Made by a program: the position numbers and the translations under genes | The notes under the pieces: generated by a model | Told to the model about the DNA's origin: nothing | The model's database searches: none | The model's input: the letters and a program-made list of their open reading frames with translations, nothing else | Shown here: positions 50,508-59,600 of the stretch, in pieces | Numbering within the stretch: the stretch's first letter is position 1 | Layout: each line of letters starts with the position of its first letter | NCBI GenBank assembly: GCA_963663805.2 | Contig: CAXXMR010000009.1 | Location: 506,135-570,134 of the forward strand | DNA from: Sedimentisphaerales bacterium | GTDB lineage: Bacteria > Planctomycetota > Phycisphaerae > Sedimentisphaerales > SM23-30 | Length of the DNA: 64,000 nucleotides | Direction: 5' to 3'

Positions 50508-51611
50508 ATGGAAACTATTGTAGCAATCGACCTAGGTAAACGCAAGAGTGCATTTTGCAAGCTGGAGACCGGCTCTTTGACAACCAAATACGCGACCGTC
50601 AGAACTTCCCCACAGGAGTTCCACGATATTTTCGCGCAGCTGGACCCTGAAAATTCCATCGTACTTTTCGAGGTCGGTTCTCAGGCCGGCTGGCTGGCGG
50701 ACATGCTCACGGCGTTGGGCCTGCAATTCAAGGTTGCCAACGTCAATCATCCCGCCTGGAAATGGACCAACAATCCCAACAAGTCTGACAAAGATGATGC
50801 TCACCGCCTGGCTATGATGTATCATCACGGCTTCTTTCCTGAAGTTCATGTCCCCAATAAACCGGTTCGTCAAAAACGCAGTCTCATCTATTATCGCCAA
50901 AAGCTTGTCAATCGCCAGACGCAGGTCAAAAACAGCATCCGGGCCCTGATGACTATCATGGCCATAGACCTGCCTGATGGCAAAAGCTGCTGGACAAAAA
51001 AACATCTCAAGCAAATAGAAACATTGGCTCAGCCCTTCGCTGAAATAGATAACCCCGAAGAACTCTGGCGTGGCCAACTGGATCTGGAACTGAAACAACT
51101 GGAGGCGCTAAAAAAATGTCTCGACCAGACCAGCGAAAAACTCAACCAACTCAATGACAAATCGGAAAAGGTAAAGTTGTTACAAACCGCCGTAGGAGTA
51201 GGTCCCCGAACCGCTGAGGCAATAGTCGCGGTTATTGATGACCCTCACCGTTTTAAAAACAGCCGCCAGGTTAGCAGTTATGTCGGTTTTACTCCCCGCC
51301 GCTATCAGTCCGGCCAAATGGACCGTACCGGCCGTATCAGCAAACGCGGCAATCCTCTTTTGAGGGCGTTATTAGTTCAGGCCAGTTGGGCCGCTTTGCG
51401 ATACGATTGGGCCCGAGAGATATACTTACGCGTCAGCCGAGGCAGCGCTAAACGACGTAAAATAGCCATAATCGCCGTTGCCCGACATTTGCTTATTCGC
51501 TGCTGGGCCATGCTGCGCGACCATAAACCCTGGAAGTATAAAATACAAAAGGTATCAGTTAACACAAGGAGAAATCGACTGACCCCAACACCTCAGAGGT
51601 GCGTTCAATAA
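50508..51611 (+). CDS. IS110-family recombinase
   Basis: AIDLGK, FEVG, KSDKDDA, GFTP..YQSG, ISKRGN..LR. Confidence 0.95.
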   Translation: METIVAIDLGKRKSAFCKLETGSLTTKYATVRTSPQEFHDIFAQLDPENSIVLFEVGSQAGWLADMLTALGLQFKVANVNHPAWKWTNNPNKSDKDDAHRLAMMYHHGFFPEVHVPNKPVRQKRSLIYYRQKLVNRQTQVKNSIRALMTIMAIDLPDGKSCWTKKHLKQIETLAQPFAEIDNPEELWRGQLDLELKQLEALKKCLDQTSEKLNQLNDKSEKVKLLQTAVGVGPRTAEAIVAVIDDPHRFKNSRQVSSYVGFTPRRYQSGQMDRTGRISKRGNPLLRALLVQASWAALRYDWAREIYLRVSRGSAKRRKIAIIAVARHLLIRCWAMLRDHKPWKYKIQKVSVNTRRNRLTPTPQRCVQ

Positions 51612-51752
51612 AAAATGAATCCGGCTCAGGTCGCATCCTCGCCGGCTTCCCCCCGGCTGACGCCGAATATAAAGAACCGTTTACAATAACCAGATTAACC
51701 AGAACCTAACGACCATAAGAAAAACAAAATTGACATGATTGAAGCTCTTTAG

Positions 51753-51904
51753 TGATCGAGATCGAATACAGTCGAGCCTGACGGACACCTTGGGCCATTT
51801 GAGCCCGTACTTAAGAATAGGCCGACTGCCGCATAAGTTTAATAGGCCCGCGAAATCAAAATAATCCCGCGGCAACCTGAATAGGAGCATGAGACGACCG
51901 ATCA
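51753..51904 (+). ncRNA. Putative bridge RNA (seekRNA) in the right end
   Basis: Closing stem UGAUCG/CGAUCA; target- and donor-binding loops whose guides match the actual flanks. Confidence 0.85.
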
Positions 51905-51992
51905 TAACCGAGCTGCAGAAAAGGTACGTAAAGTGAAAAAAAAGAAAATCAAAAAAAACTAAAATCAACCTTGACACATCTGGCTTCATAGG

Positions 51993-52726
51993 AGGTGTCC
52001 GGTACATTTTTTGATTGACATTTCCGGCAGTCCTGTTATCTTCTTGTTATGGGGCAGACGTAAGCGTATAACTTTAGGCGGTTATGTTTATCACGTCATC
52101 AATCGCGCCAACGGTCGTTTGCGGATATTTCGCAAGGCGGGTGATTTCGCGGCCTTTGAAGCCATTCTGGCGGCAGGGCTGGAGCGGGTGGACATGCGGA
52201 TTTGCGGCTATTGCATTATGGGCAATCACTGGCATTTGCTGCTTTGGCCCCGCGCAGACGGCGACCTTTCGGATTACCTGCGTTGGATAACATTAACGCA
52301 CACGCAGCGGTATCACGTTTCGCACGGCACTGTCGGCATCGGCCATCTTTATCAGGGACGGTATAAGAGTTTTCCCGTCCAGCACGGCGGCCATTATCTG
52401 ACGGTGCTGCGTTATATCGAAGCCAATCCGCTGCGGGCCGAAATCGTAACCGAACCTGATGATTATCAATGGTCCAGCTTTGTTGCCCGCCAAGACAACA
52501 GCGACAAGCCCTTCAAAATCACCCCCGGCCCGGTAACGCTGCCAGCGAACTGGCCGCAGCATCTTAAACAAAATATCAATCAGCAAGATAAACAAAAACT
52601 GGAAACCAGCCTGAAACGAGGCGCCCCCTTCGGCGATAACGAGTGGATAGGCCTGGCGGCAGCGAAACTGGGATTGGAATCAACATTACGAGAAAAAGGC
52701 AGACCCAAAAAATGTACCGGACACCT
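51993..52726 (+). mobile_element. RAYT-type Y1 transposase element bounded by 20-bp perfect IRs
   Basis: AGGTGTCCGGTACATTTTTT (51993-52012) and its reverse complement (52707-52726). Confidence 0.85.
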
Positions 52727-52745
52727 TCACTTTTATCCTGTCTAA
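52049..52745 (+). CDS. REP-associated tyrosine (Y1 HUH) transposase; extra G after the ATG
   Basis: YHVINRAN, CIMGNHWHL, GRYKS, RYIEANPLRA, WSS; the copy at 14187 has in-frame ATGGGC. Confidence 0.88.
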
Positions 52746-53008
52746 AAAATCCGTTACCGTCAGCCGTCAAAAATCTGCGAAAATCCCAAAAAATCTGCGG
52801 ATAATACCTATTTCCCCCGCCGTTTTTCCAAAAAAATCGTCAAAAACCGGTCGCTTCAGGATAAACCGCGCGGAAAAATCCGATGTTATCGCGTCGAACG
52901 CCCCTGTTTAATAAGCACTTACAGCAATTACCCTCACAGAAAACAAGCACTTACGTTCAAAATCAGCGCAACTTCGCCCACCTAAAACAAGCACTTACAA
53001 ACACAATA

Positions 53009-54694
53009 CTATAGTTTTTCACCGGAGAGAACCTCGGCGATATTAAGGGCATGGTCCTTTATACGCCGGTAAGCCGTCAGCATATCGGTATACATCAGAC
53101 TCTTCAGAGGCGTCGCGCAACCGGTCCCCACGCGAGACAGATGGCTGTTGCGATACTTCTTCACAAGGTGAGTAATAGCCTGAGATTGTGACTGTGCTTT
53201 GGGGAGTATATCCTTATTTTCTTTTTCTATCGCATCGTTAATCATTTCAATATATCCAGTTACATGCTCATGCAAATCCAGAAGATCCTTCTGACCCTGC
53301 TCGGAAATCTTCTCGTTGGCATTATGTATCTTTAGACGCAGCTTCAAAATATTTGTAACATAATCACTTACAGATTCATACTCATCCGCGTAACGCAGTT
53401 GATGCTGCCCTTCCTCCATCGCCTCATGAGGCACATTGCCTGCCATGATTTTACTGAGATATTCGCTGACTTCCTTCTGCATAATGTCCATAATTGATTC
53501 ACGCTTGAAAATTTTGCCCTCCAGCTGCTCATTCCTTTCCCCAGTCACCAGTATTTCCTTGAGCGTCGCCAACATCTTCTGGTTAATCTGCCCCATCTTG
53601 ACGATTTCTCGATAAGACTGCTGAAGCGCCAGAATCGGTGTATCCAGCATACGCACATCCATGGCGGTGAGATGAGGGATTTCGCGATGTTCTTTGTCGG
53701 GTACGATTTTTTTGAGGAAAGTCGCCAAAACACCCGCCAGAGGCAGGAACAGCATCACATTGAATACATTAAATCCGGTATGCGCCAGAGCTATGCCGCC
53801 AAGGATATAGGGGTAGGTTTTTTCCCCATCGACCATGACCATCTGGCCGGGATCGTGTCCTACGGCCCAGGCAACAATGTGGATGTATATCGGGAATAAG
53901 ATAACCACCAAAGTAGCACCGGCGACATTGAAGATTATGTGGGCATAGGAAGCTCGCTTGGCGTTTGTGGAGGCTCCCAGCGAGGCGAGAAAGGCGGTTA
54001 TAGTGGTACCGATATTTTCACCGAGTACCAGAGCCGCGGCAGTGGGGAAACCTATAACGCCCGAAGAAGCCAGACCCATTGTTATACCTATAGTGGCAGA
54101 GGAGGATTGAACAACGGCTGTCAAGACCGCCCCCACCAGACAACATTGAACAATACCGAAAAAAGTATCCGGCTGAAACCGGGTAAACCAGGCTTCAAAG
54201 CCCGGCATATGTTTGAGTGGGGCAAAGCCGACTTTCATCAGTACCAGACCGTAAAAGACCATACCCAGGCCCATGAAAAGCCCGGCAGTATAACGAATTC
54301 TGTCCCTGCGGGAAAACAGGTAGAAAAAGGCTGAGAAGCCTAATAGAGGCAGACCGTACTTACCAACCTTGAGTACGAGAATCCAGCCGGTGATGGTTGT
54401 GCCGATATTGGCACCCATAATCACACCGATAGCCTGTGTCAGAGTCATGATACCGGCATTGACCATACCGACGACCATAACAGTTGTAACTGAACTGGAC
54501 TGAATCAGACAGGTCACGGCAGTACCAACACCGCAGGCAATAAGACGGTTATTGGTCACGGCATTGATGAGTCGACGCAGGCGGTCGCCAGCAACAGCCT
54601 GCATACCCTCAGACATATTCTTCATCCCCAGCAGGAAAATCCCCAACCCACCGACAATACTGAATACCATCTGTGTAATCTCTGCCGCTTCCAT
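53009..54694 (-). CDS. Na/Pi cotransporter with PhoU-like C-terminus
   Basis: GGLGIFLLGM, two QSSS repeats, GANIGTT/GENIGTT; start at ATG 54694 after AGGGAG. Confidence 0.92.
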   Translation of the reverse strand: MEAAEITQMVFSIVGGLGIFLLGMKNMSEGMQAVAGDRLRRLINAVTNNRLIACGVGTAVTCLIQSSSVTTVMVVGMVNAGIMTLTQAIGVIMGANIGTTITGWILVLKVGKYGLPLLGFSAFFYLFSRRDRIRYTAGLFMGLGMVFYGLVLMKVGFAPLKHMPGFEAWFTRFQPDTFFGIVQCCLVGAVLTAVVQSSSATIGITMGLASSGVIGFPTAAALVLGENIGTTITAFLASLGASTNAKRASYAHIIFNVAGATLVVILFPIYIHIVAWAVGHDPGQMVMVDGEKTYPYILGGIALAHTGFNVFNVMLFLPLAGVLATFLKKIVPDKEHREIPHLTAMDVRMLDTPILALQQSYREIVKMGQINQKMLATLKEILVTGERNEQLEGKIFKRESIMDIMQKEVSEYLSKIMAGNVPHEAMEEGQHQLRYADEYESVSDYVTNILKLRLKIHNANEKISEQGQKDLLDLHEHVTGYIEMINDAIEKENKDILPKAQSQSQAITHLVKKYRNSHLSRVGTGCATPLKSLMYTDMLTAYRRIKDHALNIAEVLSGEKL

Positions 54695-54844
54695 CCAGCA
54701 TACTCCCTGAAATTGATTACATGTGTAGACTGTCGCCTGAACCAAGAGTGCCGGCTGAGCCGGGCAAGCCTCTCGACCACTGGAATCTACTGCAAATACT
54801 AAACTTAGGGAATCCTCACGAAACCCTGACACTTTACTAGCGGC

Positions 54845-54873
54845 ATTGTAACCGTAGCTTTCGCGTCAGGCAA
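54845..54873 (-). promoter_or_regulatory. sigma70-type promoter of the Na/Pi cotransporter
   Basis: TTGCCT-17 nt-TACAAT. Confidence 0.55.
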
Positions 54874-55251
54874 GAACAGACTTGGTATCCACAAAAGTTC
54901 AGGGGCATTTTATACTGCGTCGAGGAGATCGAATCCTTCGACCTTAAACGGGCTGGGACGCCAGCGTTGTTCGTTTTCGTCGAAATAGGGCTCGGTTATC
55001 GCTTCTATGATGGCTTGTCGGTCGGCCTTGTCGGGCTCGAACCAGATTTTGATTTCTATCCAGCCGTCGCGCGGGCGGGCGTGGAATTCCAAATACCCTT
55101 CAATCTCGGAAATGTCGTCGCGGTTGTCGACGATATCACTATGCAGCCAAAGCTCTTTATTGACCCCAAAATCAATTACCAGATGAGCCCGTACAACCTC
55201 ATTCGCGTTGCTGATGCCGCCCCGTGTAAAGTTTTCTATGTAAACAGGCCC

Positions 55252-56679
55252 TTAACTTTGAGATTTAAGGTATTCGTTGACCGCCACCGCCGCGTCACGG
55301 CCGGCACGGATAGCCCGCACAACCAGCGACGCGCCACTGACAGCGTCACCAGCGGCGAATACACCTTCCTGAGATGTCGCGAAATTATCGGTAATAAGGT
55401 TGCCGCGACCGTCTTTTTCCAGACCAAACTGCTCAACCAGGCCTTCATGCTCAACGTGAATAAAACCCATTGCCAGCAGCACAAGGTCGGCCTTGACCGT
55501 AAACCCGTTGCCAGCAAGTTCTTTCATCTGCCAGCCCTTCTTGTCGGTCTTTTTCCATTCAACCTCAATGCCGTGCAGCTCACGAACCTGAGCGTTACGG
55601 TCGCCGGTGAGCTTTTTGGTCAGCACACACCAGCGACGTTCGCAGCCCTCTTCCTGCGAAGTTGAGGTGCGGAACACCAGCGGCCATTCGGGCCACATAT
55701 TATCGTCAGTGCGTTTTTCCGGCGGCTGAGGCAGAATCTCAAACTGCTTGACATCTGCCGCGCCCTGACGAATCGAAGTGCCCACACAGTCACTGCCGGT
55801 ATCGCCGCCACCAATAACAATAACATGTTTGCCGCCAGCGAGAATGGGTTCTTCGTCGAACTTCTCGCCGCTGACACGCTTGTTCTGCTGACGCAGGAAT
55901 TCCATCGCAAAATGAACGCCTTCCAGGTCACGACCTTCAACCATCAAATCACGCGGAATCATAGAGCCCATAGTCAAACAGACAGCGTCAAAAGTACGCT
56001 GGAGATATCGGGAGGAAATATCCTCGCCGACTTCCACGCCGGTTTCAAATCTCACCCCTTCTGCCTTCATCTGTTCCAGGCGACGGTCAATAAGCTTCTT
56101 TTCCAGCTTGAAATCGGGAATACCGTAACGCAGCAGACCGCCGATGTGCTTGTCTTTTTCAAAAACAACCACATCGTGTCCCACGCGAGCCAACTGCTGA
56201 GCCGCGGCAAGACCGGCAGGGCCCGACCCGATAATCGCGACCCGCTTGCCCGTTTTTTCAGCAGCGACGACCGGCTGAATCCAGCCTTCGGCGAACCCGC
56301 GTTCGACAATCTGAGACTCAATATGCCGAATCAAAACCGGGTCATGAGCAATATTCAAAGTACAGGAAGTCTCACAGGGAGCCGGGCAGATGCGTCCGGT
56401 CACTTCGGGGAAATTATTCGTCGAATGCAAAATCGCGCAGGCCTGCTCCCAGCGACCCTGATATACATAATCATTGAACTCAGGAATGCGATTGCCCAAC
56501 GGACAACCCGAACCATGACAGAAAGGCACCCCGCAATCCATGCACCGAGCCGCCTGATTACGCAGCGTCTCTTCGGGCAGAGCGACGTCCATATCATTAT
56601 AATCCTGAATACGCTGAGCGACCTCGCGATGGGGTACATCTTCGCGGCCATAATCTAAAAATCCAGTTGGCTTACCCAT
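55252..56679 (-). CDS. gltD: Glutamate synthase small subunit
   Basis: MGKPTGF, RCMDCG.PFC, GSGPAGL, GGGDTGSDC. Confidence 0.97.
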   Translation of the reverse strand: MGKPTGFLDYGREDVPHREVAQRIQDYNDMDVALPEETLRNQAARCMDCGVPFCHGSGCPLGNRIPEFNDYVYQGRWEQACAILHSTNNFPEVTGRICPAPCETSCTLNIAHDPVLIRHIESQIVERGFAEGWIQPVVAAEKTGKRVAIIGSGPAGLAAAQQLARVGHDVVVFEKDKHIGGLLRYGIPDFKLEKKLIDRRLEQMKAEGVRFETGVEVGEDISSRYLQRTFDAVCLTMGSMIPRDLMVEGRDLEGVHFAMEFLRQQNKRVSGEKFDEEPILAGGKHVIVIGGGDTGSDCVGTSIRQGAADVKQFEILPQPPEKRTDDNMWPEWPLVFRTSTSQEEGCERRWCVLTKKLTGDRNAQVRELHGIEVEWKKTDKKGWQMKELAGNGFTVKADLVLLAMGFIHVEHEGLVEQFGLEKDGRGNLITDNFATSQEGVFAAGDAVSGASLVVRAIRAGRDAAVAVNEYLKSQS

Positions 56680-59600
56680 TGAAAACCTCCTCGGTGGCAG
56701 GCGTAAATTCGGTGTTACTGTCTTCGCGTTCCTTCAAACGCTCCAGGGCCTTGCGATAATCTATCGGGATAACTTTAACAAAACGTCCGACCATTTCGCT
56801 CCAGCTCTGCAATATTCGCTCAGCCCTGCGGCTGCCGGTCCACTTGTGATGCTGCTCAATCATCTTATGCAGAAAGTTCTTGTCTTCCATCATCCAGACA
56901 TTTTCCAAATCAACCATGTCAAGATTACAAAGTGTATCGAACAACTGATGTTCATCCAGGACATAAGCGATGCCGCCGCTCATACCCGCGGCAAAATTGC
57001 GACCCGTACTGCCCAGCACAACCACCCGTCCGCCGGTCATATATTCACAGCCGTGGTCGCCCACACCTTCGACTACCGCGACGACACCACTGTTGCGAAC
57101 CGCGAAACGTTCGCCGGCCAAACCGTTGATAAACACTTCACCGGATGTAGCACCGTAAAGCAAAGTATTGCCTACAATAATATTTCGATGGGCTTCAAAG
57201 GTCGAACCCTTGGGAGTCTTTACCACGATGCGACCGCCGGAAAGCCCCTTGCCCACATAATCATTACTGTCGCCGGTCAGCTCCAGCGTCACCCCACGCG
57301 AGAGAAACGCGCCAAAACTCTGACCCGCCGAACCGCTAAAACGAATCCGCAGCGTATCATCCGGCAAACCTTTCAGGCCGTACTTCCGGGCGATATGATT
57401 ACTCAAAATCGTACCCACGGTACGGTTGACATTACGGACAGGCATTTCGATAACAGTTTTTTCCTGCTTCTCAATAGCGTTCTTGGCCTGCTTGATAATC
57501 TCCCAGTCAATATGACCTTCCAGAGGATTAGCCTGTTCTCTGACACAGTGCAGCCCCTGACCGCCAGGCCCTTCGGGAACCTTGAAAATCGCGCTAAGGT
57601 CCAGCCCCTGAGCCTTCCAGTGCTTGAAGGCTTTGTCCATCCGCAAACGCTCAACATGACCAACCATATCATCAAATTTGCGGAAACCCAGACGGGACAT
57701 TATCCCACGAGTATCTTCAGCCACAAACATCAGAAAATTAACCAGATGTTCCGGCTTGCCCTGGAAACATTTACGCAGCTTGGGATCCTGAGTTGCCACA
57801 CCCACCGCGCACGTGCCCTGATGACACTTACGCAGCAGAATGCACCCCAGAGCCACCAACGCCGTAGTGCCAAAACCAAACCGCTCAGCACCTAAAAGAG
57901 CCGCTATAACAATGTCACGCCCCGTCTTCAACTGGCCGTCACACTGAACCTCAATGCGGTCCCGCAAACCGTTCAGAACCAGCGTCTGCTGAGTCTCAGC
58001 CAGACCAAGCTCCCAGGGAATGCCTGCGTATTTAATCGACGAAAGCGGACTGGCACCCGTGCCCCCGTCATGGCCACTAATCAGCACCTCGTCCGCGTTA
58101 CCCTTGGCAACACCAGCGGCTACCGTACCCACACCCACCTCGGAAACAAGCTTAACCGAAACCTTAACGCCCGGATTGCTGCACTTCAAATCGTAAATCA
58201 ACTGGGCTAAATCTTCAATTGAATAAATATCGTGGTGAGGCGGCGGAGAAATAAGCGTCACGCCGGGAGTCGAAAAACGCAGCCGGGCAATCTCATCCGT
58301 GACTTTATGACCGGGCAAATGGCCCCCTTCGCCGGGCTTGGCACCCTGGGCCATCTTAATCTGAATCATCTTGCCCTGAGACAGATACTCGATTGTCACA
58401 CCAAATCTGCCGCTGGCGACCTGCTTGATGGCAGAATTCTTGTCATCGCCTTTTTCGCTGGGCTGATAACGAATCGGGTCTTCGCCGCCTTCGCCGGTAT
58501 TGCTCTTGCCTCCCACCCGGTTCAGGGCTATCGCCATCGCTTCATGGGCTTCTTTGCTGATGGAACCATGTGACATGGCACCGGTATAGAATCGCTTGAC
58601 AATCTCCGCAGCAGGTTCAACTTCATCCAGCGGGACCGACTCACCTTCGGTAAACTCAAACAGCCCTCGCAAAGTACAACGCTGCTTCGCCTCGTTATCA
58701 ATCGAATCGGCATAACGCTGATACGCTTCCGGGTCATTGCGACGGGCCGCGTGCTGCATATTGGCAATAGAAACCGGATTCCACATATGCTTCTCACCGT
58801 CGTCACGGAAAGCATACTCGCCGCCGTAATCAATCTCCGGCATCATCGAGTCGCGTTTGGCGTAGGCAGATTTGTGACGACACAGAGTTTCCTCCGCCAG
58901 AACATCAAAATTTACCCCGCTGATACGTGACGAAGTTCCGCTAAAGCAACGCTGCACAACTTCCTGATGCAAGCCTATCGCCTCGAACAACTGGGCCGCA
59001 TGATAACTGCGCAAAGTGGAAATACCCATCTTGGATATGGTCTTGAGAATGCCTTTCTTGGCGGCATTGACATAATTATCGACAGCCTGGTCGGCATCAA
59101 CTTCTTCAGGCATATCACCGTTGCTGCGCAGTTCGTCAAGAATCTCAAATGCCATATATGGGTTAATCGCATTGGCACCGTAACCGCAAAGCAGACAGAA
59201 GTGCATCACTTCGCGAGCTTCACCGGTCTCAATCACCAGCCCCGCTTCGGCCCGCAAATTACGGCCCAGCAAACCATGATGCAAAGCACCCGTTGCCAGC
59301 AAAGCCGGTATCGGGGCCCGCTGCGAATTACAACCCCGGTCACTGACGATAAGCAGGGACGCCCCATCCTTAATCGCTGCTTCTGCCGCGTTGAGCAAGT
59401 CGTCCAGACCACGCTGTAAAGCCTGGCCCGGATTAGCCGCGTCAACATCGAACAAAGCCGGAATAGTCGCCACCTTAAAATCGTCAAGGGCAACTTCACG
59501 TAAACGCATCATATCATCGTTAGTCAAAATAGGATGCGGTATCTTCAACTGACGGCAATGTTCGGGAGTCTCACTCAGTAAATTGCGCTGCTTGCCGGTG

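Larger units (their letters stand above)
50395..51992 (+). mobile_element. IS1111-type (IS110 family) element
   Basis: Subterminal IRs ATGAA(A)GCCAGATG / CATCTGGCTTCAT, 7 and 3 nt from the ends; AG core at both junctions; long 3' non-coding region. Confidence 0.9.

Noticed and set aside
50012..50659. 215-aa minus-strand Pro/Ala-rich ORF
   Set aside because: Antisense of the Gly/Ala fragment and crosses the IS1111 boundary
51681..52007. 108-aa minus-strand ORF
   Set aside because: Overlaps the bridge RNA and IS end; low-complexity, A-tract derived
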